Shown: positions 56,364 to 64,000 of the stretch, piece by piece
Layout of the letters: the number at the start of each line of letters is the position of its first letter
Numbering within the stretch: the stretch's first letter is position 1
DNA from: a virus
Taxonomy: Duplodnaviria > Caudoviricetes
Length of the DNA: 64,000 nt
Direction: 5' to 3' (one strand)
Virus record (IMG/VR): IMGVR_UViG_3300023170_004399
Coordinates: 205,599 to 269,598 of that record
The notes under the pieces: generated by a model
Database searches by the model: none
Told to the model about the DNA's origin: nothing
Seen by the model: the letters and a program-made list of their open reading frames with translations, nothing else
Translations under genes and position numbers: made by a program

Positions 56364-59300
56364 TGAAATTGGCATAAGAAAATATATAAGAATTCTTTTA
56401 GAGCAGAGACCGGAAAAAGTAACTTTTGGCAATGCAGAAACCCAAAACGATTTTGAAAATAGAACAAAACAAATTGATACAAGATTGCGTGACTACATTG
56501 GTAGCGGTGATTTTCAAATATCATTCCCAAAAAAAGGTGTGTCTAGAGGGAAAGATACTATTATTAATAAGATTTTGCAACAGCAACAACACATTACTAA
56601 TTCTAAGGGTAGGTACAAATATTTTAAAAGACAACATTTTAGTAAAGCTGATTTAGAAAAACTTTATGCTGATACAGATCCGGCCAATGCACAGAAATGG
56701 TTACCTCGTTTACCAGCAATAACTGGCAACGAATTTTTAGGGTTAATATCAAAATATTATACATTTTTTAATCAGATAGATATAGACAATGATGGAATAC
56801 CGGGAGATATTGATGATATCAGTATATCATTAGCACACTATTTTACTAAAAACGAAGAAGAAATTAAAAGTAATATCAAGAAAAATGTGTACAACAAATA
56901 TGTTAAAACTTTTAACCAGGATATAATAAAAGATTTTAAAAACGTAGATGTAAAATCAGTAACTGAAAAAGAAATAGAAAGTTGGATGGAAAGATCACAG
57001 CAATATATGAGAACAATGATGCGACCATATCTAGAAGTTTTTGAAAAAGAAATAATAGATTTTATGTATGACGAGCTCTATTTTGGCGCCATCAATGCTA
57101 CAACCCAAAATATGCAATATAACACGACAGTGCTTTTACCCTACCCTAATCTTTATTATTCATTTAAATACATAGGTAACGCTTCATCAATAGGCTATCA
57201 CAACATTAAATCATTTTTTCATGAGTTATATAATCAAGTTTTAAATATGAAAAAAATATTTGACCCAAATACAAACCGCGACAAAATGCTACGTATTTTA
57301 GGTGACAGTAAGAAATTTAATTTTGTTCTTTATTCTTTTGATTTAATTTGGTCTCCAAATCTGATTATCGATGAAAAAGAACATGAAGATATAATGGCAT
57401 CAGATTACTACAAAAACCCAAATGCATTTTATGATTGGGAAATAAAAAAAGCACATGCTGAGCGTATTACGCCTCAAACGCTATCTCCAATGGACATTGA
57501 TGCATTTGCAAGAACACTTAAGTCACATGACAACAAGGAAATAGTGAAAAAACTTGAAAAAAGTTTAGAAAGAATATCAAAACAAAAAGATTATACTGGT
57601 GATAAAATAGAACGCATGCCGGCTACAGAGAAAGAGATTATGCAACTTTCCAGAGATGCAGCCGCAAAACCTAGGTACTCATACACAATAAAAGAGCTAG
57701 AAGAAATATTCGAAGAAACTTTAGATGTTGTTGAAGATATTACAGGTGTCAAACCTGAGGCAATGGTTGATGAAAACAATAACAGAACAGGTGACATAGA
57801 AAAAAGAGAAGAAGCTTTGATAGAAGCGGTTAAAGAATTTACAGAAATGTCAAACAAACTTAACAAATCTTGGTTTGATGCATATTATAATTCTAAAAAA
57901 TACAATGATTGGTGGGACTTAGGCGGAAGGTACGAAGATGTTACTAAAAATCAAAAGCAAGTAGTTGTACTTGATGGCGATGTAACTGGAATGCCAGTTG
58001 CTGGCGGCATAAAAATAAAACATGAAGATGTGCATCATTTTTTTAAGTCACTAGTTGACCCAGCTGGTGTAGTCAAAGAACCAACCCCGGCATTCCCAAA
58101 AGAAGGTATCAGTTCAGATAGGTCATTTACATTTATTGACAAGATAGGGTACCAAAGAAAACCCAGTGTCAAACTTGAAGGTGGTAAAATAAGAAAATCT
58201 TCTAATAAACCAACCCTAGAGTGGACAACGCACAATTTTTCACCAAAGGCATATGCCGATCATGTCATTGTACGCAAAGGAAATTATAAACCATTTTCTA
58301 GCTACGTAAAAATACCGGTAATTCATACAACCAGAACTAGCATGAAAGAGATGCAAAAAAAATACAGCATTAACAAGGATTTGTGGAAAGCACTAGATAA
58401 TTTGCCGCGGTTTAATCCACACAGAGATTATAGACAGGAAGAAACTATAGCAAAAAGAGAATTAATTCCAATAGCAGAATTTATAAAAAAACTAGAAGCG
58501 GCTGAAGATACACTTTTGAAAGATTATGCGGATTATGTTAAAGCACAAGAGAAACTTAAACTATTGGGCAGTGGTTCAGTCGCATCTTCTGTCATTGACT
58601 TGTTAAACATTTACAAGGAATTAATTGATGATTTAAATGAAATAGAAGAAGTGCATTCGCTAGCTGACAATCCTAAAAAAGTAACTGATGAAGAGATTCA
58701 ACGATTGATCAAATCTTCTGGAATGAATCAAATGGAAGCAGAAGAACTGAAACAAAAAATAGCTTCTCTTTTGGGCGCTTGTAGTATTGGTAATAAAGGT
58801 GCTTGCGACGAACTAAGAGAAATATTTCTAGATCTCGAAGCAAAAGAAAAGCAGTCTAGGGCAAGAAAACGAAAAGAACAGTTCCATAGATCGTCAGCTG
58901 GGTCTAAAAGAGCTTTCGGGAGAAATAACCAAGAATTCCTTGTAAATGCCGAAGCAAGAAAAGAATTATTTTTTAATATTGCTAAGTTGTTAAGCATGTT
59001 ACATCAGATGAAACAAAGCAGTGATAAAAAGCTTTTCTCTGAAGAGACCGGTGTTTTTATTGATAATATTATTAAAGGTGCTAATGCTGCAGCATTAAAT
59101 GCTGGCGGCGAAGCCAGCGGCCGCCGCCCCCAGCTCACGAATTACCTGGTAAATAAAAGTATTGTTGATGTATTAAAAGATAACCAAATATTCTCTGGTG
59201 AATTCGAGACAAAACATAGCCAAGCAAGCAGTGACTTAAAACAAACACAATCGTCCTTGCAACGAGTAAAAATGGACAATTTTAGATTCGATCTTGAAAA

Positions 59301-60567
59301 TCGTGTAAAACAAAGAACAAAGACTTTTAAAAGCCTGTCGGATTTTACTAAACACTCCCAAGAAACTTTAGATTTAATATCAGACATGTATGAAAATTTA
59401 TATCCTCACATACATGATAAATACTTTGGTGAAAAAAGATTGATTGCAGATGAATACCAAAAGCAATTAAGTAATTTTAAAAGCGGAAAGGCTTCAGACT
59501 TTGATGGAATGCCAATTGAAATACTAAAAACTGTTTTAAAAGCTTATAATGATATATTAAAGTATCAAACTTTTGAAACTGAATTTGCAAAAACCGGTCA
59601 GGCAACAACATACAGTAAAGGTGTTGAGTTAGCCTTAGAGAAAGAAATAACAGCTAACGAAGAATATTTACGAAAAATGAAAAAAGCAGCCGTTGATGAT
59701 GATATGGAATTATTTGAGCAGGGTAAGCACGAGCTTCAAAAAAGATTACAAAACATAATGGAAAAGATTGATGTCCCAGCACAAGAAATAGAACGAGCTG
59801 GCGATAAGGTAGTAACAGCAGCTGCAAAAGAGGGTTATGAATTAGTTCAATATATTAGTAATATGTTTGATGAAATAGAACATATCGTAGAACTCAAAGA
59901 AGATATGCAAAGACCAGAGATCAGTCATGGAAAACGAGCTGAAAAATTCTTCGAATATATAATGGGTACAATTGAGAATCATGACGGAGTTAGAGAAAGC
60001 TGGAGGGGTGAAGAAATAGATTATTTTGAAGATCTAAATGCAGTTTTTGATAATCCTATAGACCCGGATAAAATATTTATTGGTGTAACTATGCATCCCG
60101 AGAATTCAACAGGGTTAATGTCTAAGATGCAAGATAGATTTGGGGGAGATTTTGAACATTCAAAGGCAACTGATTATGATTTTGATGGAAGTATTTCTTG
60201 GAACGATTATCATTTAGATGATATAGATATAGTTTACGTACATATCAATATTGAGCCGGATGCCTTTTCGGGTGCAAAAGATTTTGACAAAGCGCAGGAC
60301 CTCGCGAGGATTTTATTTAGATTATGTGACATATTAGACAAACCAATGTACAAGGGTGAGGCTGACCGGGAAATTATTAAAGATCTTTTCGGAGCAGATG
60401 AAGCATATCTTGCGGGTGATATACGAAAATATTTTGTTGATGCAATAGATGCTAGCTTTTTTGAGAACGAGATAGATTTTTTTAGAGATATAAATGATCG
60501 TCTCTGGGTTTTTACAGAAAAATTAAAGAAAGATATTAGTCTTCATTTTATATTGCCTAAAAAATAA
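56356..60567 (+). CDS. 1403-aa protein with leader, function unknown
   Basis: IRKYIRILLE-Q leader; largely helical, no recognised catalytic motif. Confidence 0.65.
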   Translation: MIDEIGIRKYIRILLEQRPEKVTFGNAETQNDFENRTKQIDTRLRDYIGSGDFQISFPKKGVSRGKDTIINKILQQQQHITNSKGRYKYFKRQHFSKADLEKLYADTDPANAQKWLPRLPAITGNEFLGLISKYYTFFNQIDIDNDGIPGDIDDISISLAHYFTKNEEEIKSNIKKNVYNKYVKTFNQDIIKDFKNVDVKSVTEKEIESWMERSQQYMRTMMRPYLEVFEKEIIDFMYDELYFGAINATTQNMQYNTTVLLPYPNLYYSFKYIGNASSIGYHNIKSFFHELYNQVLNMKKIFDPNTNRDKMLRILGDSKKFNFVLYSFDLIWSPNLIIDEKEHEDIMASDYYKNPNAFYDWEIKKAHAERITPQTLSPMDIDAFARTLKSHDNKEIVKKLEKSLERISKQKDYTGDKIERMPATEKEIMQLSRDAAAKPRYSYTIKELEEIFEETLDVVEDITGVKPEAMVDENNNRTGDIEKREEALIEAVKEFTEMSNKLNKSWFDAYYNSKKYNDWWDLGGRYEDVTKNQKQVVVLDGDVTGMPVAGGIKIKHEDVHHFFKSLVDPAGVVKEPTPAFPKEGISSDRSFTFIDKIGYQRKPSVKLEGGKIRKSSNKPTLEWTTHNFSPKAYADHVIVRKGNYKPFSSYVKIPVIHTTRTSMKEMQKKYSINKDLWKALDNLPRFNPHRDYRQEETIAKRELIPIAEFIKKLEAAEDTLLKDYADYVKAQEKLKLLGSGSVASSVIDLLNIYKELIDDLNEIEEVHSLADNPKKVTDEEIQRLIKSSGMNQMEAEELKQKIASLLGACSIGNKGACDELREIFLDLEAKEKQSRARKRKEQFHRSSAGSKRAFGRNNQEFLVNAEARKELFFNIAKLLSMLHQMKQSSDKKLFSEETGVFIDNIIKGANAAALNAGGEASGRRPQLTNYLVNKSIVDVLKDNQIFSGEFETKHSQASSDLKQTQSSLQRVKMDNFRFDLENRVKQRTKTFKSLSDFTKHSQETLDLISDMYENLYPHIHDKYFGEKRLIADEYQKQLSNFKSGKASDFDGMPIEILKTVLKAYNDILKYQTFETEFAKTGQATTYSKGVELALEKEITANEEYLRKMKKAAVDDDMELFEQGKHELQKRLQNIMEKIDVPAQEIERAGDKVVTAAAKEGYELVQYISNMFDEIEHIVELKEDMQRPEISHGKRAEKFFEYIMGTIENHDGVRESWRGEEIDYFEDLNAVFDNPIDPDKIFIGVTMHPENSTGLMSKMQDRFGGDFEHSKATDYDFDGSISWNDYHLDDIDIVYVHINIEPDAFSGAKDFDKAQDLARILFRLCDILDKPMYKGEADREIIKDLFGADEAYLAGDIRKYFVDAIDASFFENEIDFFRDINDRLWVFTEKLKKDISLHFILPKK

Positions 60568-60580
60568 TAGGGAGAGTTAC

Positions 60581-61189
60581 ATGTTAATTAAAAAAACAAT
60601 ATTAAAAAAAATAATTAAAGAAGAGATTAGTAGAAAGAATGCTTTATTGTTAGAGGCAACTATGTGGGGTGTCTCTGCAGTTGGTATTCTAGTTATATGC
60701 CCAGAAGATCAAACCATGTACCTTCAACAAAGAAGCGACTTAGTAACTGGTGGAAGATTGCAATACTCATATCCTTCTGGCGGAATAGCTGCTAATAATG
60801 CGCGAGGTGTTAAACATTATGATACGAGAAATATTACGCAAGATATGGTGCCGCAAACACAAAAAGATTATGAGTTGTTAGCACTTGAAGAGTGGGAAGA
60901 AGAAACTGGTATGCCAATAATGTTTACGATAAAAGAAAATAAAATAACAGCCACAGTTGACAGTACTTGGAATTTTCATTTTTATATTGCTACATGCACG
61001 AAAAAGCAGAAAGATGCAATGATAGCGCAGGCAAAACCGGTCGACTTTGAATTTAACTGGGAAACAACGCCTGATAGTGGTGGCTGGTATCCAATGTCAG
61101 TTTTAGATGGCAGAGATAAAAATATAAACTTGTGGAATATTGCTTTTAATCAAGCTGTAAAAACACTGATCAGGAAGTATAGTAATTAA
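60581..61189 (+). CDS. Nudix hydrolase with leader
   Basis: ALLLE-A leader; AVGILV..LQQRS..YPSGG..ALEEWEEETG. Confidence 0.65.
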   Translation: MLIKKTILKKIIKEEISRKNALLLEATMWGVSAVGILVICPEDQTMYLQQRSDLVTGGRLQYSYPSGGIAANNARGVKHYDTRNITQDMVPQTQKDYELLALEEWEEETGMPIMFTIKENKITATVDSTWNFHFYIATCTKKQKDAMIAQAKPVDFEFNWETTPDSGGWYPMSVLDGRDKNINLWNIAFNQAVKTLIRKYSN

Positions 61190-61204
61190 GAGAAAGGGGT
61201 GTTT

Positions 61205-61741
61205 ATGTTTTTTTATTTATTATTTGTTTTAAATTGTTTAGCACACAACATTATATATGTCGATAAACCAGTAGTCGAAGGTGTAGGAAGTGGCATTGAA
61301 TATGATCAGATATATAGTGAGTTAGTAAGAAAACTCCCAATGTGGAAAAACAAAGATGACGAAGTGGAGTTGCACAATCCTTACAGTATTCGAATGAAGT
61401 TTAAAAACTGTGACTATGTTAATAAGGGTGCACACTGTTCAGTAGTAAATGAACATTGGTATTTAAGAACACACATATCTTACACTGTTGATGTAGCTAC
61501 TATTACATTGACGCTGTTTGATAATTTACATGTACCCGTGTCGTCTGCTACGTATGAAAATAAAAAAAAGGTAATAGTAATACCAAATGTTACTACGATA
61601 GAAACAAAGTCTAATGGTTCTCGTGGATTCTCAAGTGACACAACACAAATAATAAAACCACCAACCAGGGAAGAGCTTCCACCAGTCATACTGTCACATG
61701 ACATTGGCCAAGTTGTAGCATTTCTTTGGCTATCAATGTAA
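61205..61741 (+). CDS. Putative secreted/exported protein
   Basis: Short hydrophobic signal MFFYLLFVLNCLA; AAGGGG RBS. Confidence 0.5.
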   Translation: MFFYLLFVLNCLAHNIIYVDKPVVEGVGSGIEYDQIYSELVRKLPMWKNKDDEVELHNPYSIRMKFKNCDYVNKGAHCSVVNEHWYLRTHISYTVDVATITLTLFDNLHVPVSSATYENKKKVIVIPNVTTIETKSNGSRGFSSDTTQIIKPPTREELPPVILSHDIGQVVAFLWLSM

Positions 61742-61762
61742 ATAGTGCAATAGTTTTAAAAC

Positions 61763-61787
61763 AAGCTCTATTTATAGGGCTTTTTTT
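61763..61787 (+). terminator. Rho-independent terminator with TATTTATA across the loop
   Basis: AAGCTCTA-TTTA-TAGGGCTT then T tract. Confidence 0.75.
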
Positions 61788-61814
61788 GTATATTTATATG
61801 AAGAGGTAAGTTAC

Positions 61815-62483
61815 ATGAAAAAGTTGAGAAAATATATAAGACATTTAATTTTAGAGTCGAGCGGAAACAGTAAGATAGATGACATAATTTCAACCATCGA
61901 TGGCTTTGATGCTGGGATAAAGATTGTACCTGGTGAAAGAAAGGGAAAAATAGATATTGTTTACTGTGAAAAACCTAAAAATAAAAAAGAACCCGCAGAT
62001 TTTTTCTTTGATGAAAGCCATTTATCAGATCGTGCGAAGGCATACTACAAAAAGAACAAGTTAGATCTAGAAGATTTAGTAGGTGCGCTTACAATCATGA
62101 AAATGACTAGTGCTGATATCAGAAATTATGGTAATTGCAATGGAGCATACAAGGTCGATATAATAGAAGCCCCAGCCGGCTTTGGACCATTGTTGTATGA
62201 AGTTGCTCTTGAGTATTTATACAATTATAGAAGCAAAAATGGTTTAATACCTGATAGAAGAAGCGTTAAACCCGAAGCCGCAAATGTTTGGAAAGTATAT
62301 AATAGCAAGAGAGATGACGTAAAAAAAATACAGTTGCACCCCGATGATTGTGATATGGAAGTTGCAGGTGGAAAATCAAAATATAAAAAATCAGAGTTGT
62401 CAAAAATGTATGTGAAAAATAACACGAAGACAATAGAAATGTTAAAAAAGCGCAAAATGCTATACATATCACCAAAATTGTAG
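61815..62483 (+). CDS. GNAT-like protein with leader
   Basis: LRKYIRHLILE leader; CNGAYKV..GFGPLLYEVA..DRRSV..AANVW. Confidence 0.6.
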   Translation: MKKLRKYIRHLILESSGNSKIDDIISTIDGFDAGIKIVPGERKGKIDIVYCEKPKNKKEPADFFFDESHLSDRAKAYYKKNKLDLEDLVGALTIMKMTSADIRNYGNCNGAYKVDIIEAPAGFGPLLYEVALEYLYNYRSKNGLIPDRRSVKPEAANVWKVYNSKRDDVKKIQLHPDDCDMEVAGGKSKYKKSELSKMYVKNNTKTIEMLKKRKMLYISPKL

Positions 62484-62490
62484 GTATTAT

Positions 62491-63627
62491 ATGAAAAATT
62501 TAAGAAGTTTTATAAGGAAAATTGTATCTGAAGGCATGATTAACCCGAATAGTGGCGAAATATTGCAGAACTACGCGTTATATGCCGCAAATGATTACGA
62601 TTCTCCCTCGAGTGCCGGCGTTAAAATTTATATCCTTTATAACAAAACAGAAGTAGCAGAAAGATTAAGTGATAAAGAAACAATAATAGATATGTTCGCA
62701 CCGCTAATAAGAAAAACAGTGACCGGCAAGCTTGTATTAGGATTTAATGACTCTGGAGAAAGATGGAACTGGGATGATGTAAGATCCTTTTTTTGGGAAA
62801 TAATATATGAACACACATACGCAATTATAAAAACTAAAAAAAATGATATTGATTGCAATGGCGCAGTGCAAGTTGTAAGAGCCGCGGCAAAACAAGGTCA
62901 TGGTCCAACGTTGTATGATATCGTAATGTCTATTGAACCGAATGGTATAACTTCGGACAGAGCACAGGTTAGCTCCTCTGCTAGGGAAGTCTATAGATTT
63001 TACGCAGAAAAACGTCCAGAGATTGAAAAAAAATACCTTGATGGCGGCATGTTAACTGATATAACATCTGATGATTGTTACACATACATGACACCAAAAG
63101 AAATGTATAAAAACAGCTTACTAAGAAAAGCTGTTTACGAAGCTTTCGGTGACTGGTTAATTAGTTACAATCGTGAAATTTATCAAGCGCTTGACAACAA
63201 AGGCGGTTTTTACGATGTGGTAGATCACTTCGGAGGTCCAGATGATGTTATAAGATACATAATTGATTCTGTTGAGTTTGGAGAAATGTATGATGAAGGC
63301 GAGTTAAGTGAGCTGCAAACTAGTTGGTATGAAGAAAAAGAGGAAATAGAAAAAAATCTCTATAAACTAAAACCACCCGCCATTTTAGAACCCAAAGAAG
63401 AGCTTAACTTAAGTTATAATACTGATTATGCTGTGAGCGCTTTCAATAAATTAACGGCAGCACACGATAAATTTTTAGATGAAATGGAAATGGGGTTGTA
63501 CTATATGTTGCAAGAAATATATGGCCGTGAAGTGCCAATCGATGGTATGATAACCGATTTAAAACCAAGTTTTTGGGAAAATATATTATTGGATTTTTTC
63601 CATGCTCACTACGAAGGTGGCAAATGA
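62491..63627 (+). CDS. GNAT-like protein with leader
   Basis: LRSFIRKIVSE leader; CNGAVQV..QGHGPTLYDIV..DRAQVS..AREVY. Confidence 0.6.
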   Translation: MKNLRSFIRKIVSEGMINPNSGEILQNYALYAANDYDSPSSAGVKIYILYNKTEVAERLSDKETIIDMFAPLIRKTVTGKLVLGFNDSGERWNWDDVRSFFWEIIYEHTYAIIKTKKNDIDCNGAVQVVRAAAKQGHGPTLYDIVMSIEPNGITSDRAQVSSSAREVYRFYAEKRPEIEKKYLDGGMLTDITSDDCYTYMTPKEMYKNSLLRKAVYEAFGDWLISYNREIYQALDNKGGFYDVVDHFGGPDDVIRYIIDSVEFGEMYDEGELSELQTSWYEEKEEIEKNLYKLKPPAILEPKEELNLSYNTDYAVSAFNKLTAAHDKFLDEMEMGLYYMLQEIYGREVPIDGMITDLKPSFWENILLDFFHAHYEGGK

Positions 63628-64000
63628 GTAGTTTAAGATTATTAGTTTCACAAATTATTGCAGAAGCAATGAAAGATCCACGCAGTGATAAAGTACAAAC
63701 AAATTTTGCACTTTATCACGGTACTGCAGATTATTTATATAAAAACTATATTTTATATGATAAATCTAAAATGAAAAGCATGATGAGACATCATCTTAGA
63801 ACTGAAATTTCTGCTTACGCTGCTAACGAAGAACCCATCACCCCGGGTGACGAATATACTTTTTACATGTCATTAGAATTTGAATCTTCTCTGAGAAATG
63901 TGTTTACTGCAATACTTCCTCACTGTGTTGTCGCTGTAATACAAACAAAAGAACCCTTCGACAGCTGCAATCTCGCTTCGGAAGTAAGCAGAGCTGCAGC
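63624..64000 (+). CDS. GNAT-like paralog with leader, truncated by window end (not in ORF track)
   Basis: MSSLRLLVSQIIAE; NFALY..YILYDK..VAVIQTK..SCNLASEVSRAA aligns with 62491 protein; ATGA overlap. Confidence 0.6.
   Translation, partial: MSSLRLLVSQIIAEAMKDPRSDKVQTNFALYHGTADYLYKNYILYDKSKMKSMMRHHLRTEISAYAANEEPITPGDEYTFYMSLEFESSLRNVFTAILPHCVVAVIQTKEPFDSCNLASEVSRAA

Noticed and set aside
56760-56830. DIDNDG/DIDD as an RNA polymerase catalytic motif in the 1403-aa protein
   Set aside because: Does not match NADFDGD or DxDGD in context, and no supporting double-psi barrel motifs were seen.
710-62858. Many short antisense ORFs in the track (e.g. 1827-2255, 7836-8207, 12685-13041, 28051-28557)
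   Set aside because: They shadow longer motif-bearing genes on the other strand, lack RBSs and have compositions expected from reverse-reading codon-biased or low-complexity genes.
1-64000. Stop-codon reassignment (TAG or TGA), as seen in some huge phages
   Set aside because: 1286- and 1403-aa ORFs and intact GroEL/CarA read under code 11. All three stops end genes at sensible points, e.g. RWQKLAGLK-TAG matches RWQKLAGLLRG-TAA, and TGA is used in ATGA overlaps.
1-64000. Bacterial chromosome or eukaryotic giant virus origin
   Set aside because: Housekeeping genes are isolated among mostly hypothetical ORFs with no host operon context. SD sites, sigma70, sigma-type promoters and a holin-like gene point to a bacteriophage.
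1-64000. tRNA, rRNA, tmRNA or CRISPR array
   Set aside because: Intergenic gaps are mostly under 150 bp; none showed a cloverleaf, T-loop GTTCRA context or regularly spaced repeats on manual reading. A tRNAscan/Infernal run would settle it.

Overview
AT-rich, very gene-dense, mostly plus-strand segment of a large (jumbo/huge) tailed-phage genome using the standard genetic code. It has Shine-Dalgarno sites, sigma70-type promoters, overlapping stop/start junctions and a holin/spanin-like cassette. No capsid, terminase, protease, rRNA, tRNA or CRISPR array was seen in the window. About 98 CDSs fall into two classes. (1) Probable early or metabolic genes, many in units behind a conserved TTGCAA-N17-TATAYT promoter or without a propeptide: GroEL, a sigma70 lacking region 4.2, peptide deformylase, ClpS, UvsE, an MBD4-like glycosylase, two adenine methyltransferases, adenosine and dCMP deaminases, CarA/CarB (carB frameshifted before its MGS domain) and chains of small SH3-like MKVGDLV proteins. 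(2) About 24 probable late, head-packaged proteins with a shared basic/amphipathic N-terminal leader ending in hydrophobic-x-Glu (best form LRxYIRxI(L/I)xE), which resembles a T4-type capsid-targeting/prohead-protease propeptide. The leader is attached to enzyme-like cargo: three putative ADP-ribosyltransferase-fold paralogs, four GNAT-like paralogs, a Nudix, a PD-(D/E)xK-like nuclease, an Fe/Mn SOD, a pterin dehydratase-like protein, a HiPIP-like protein and large membrane-hairpin proteins. The best candidate for an undescribed system is this tagged, virion-delivered effector set. All calls come from motif reading and manual alignment; no database searches were run.
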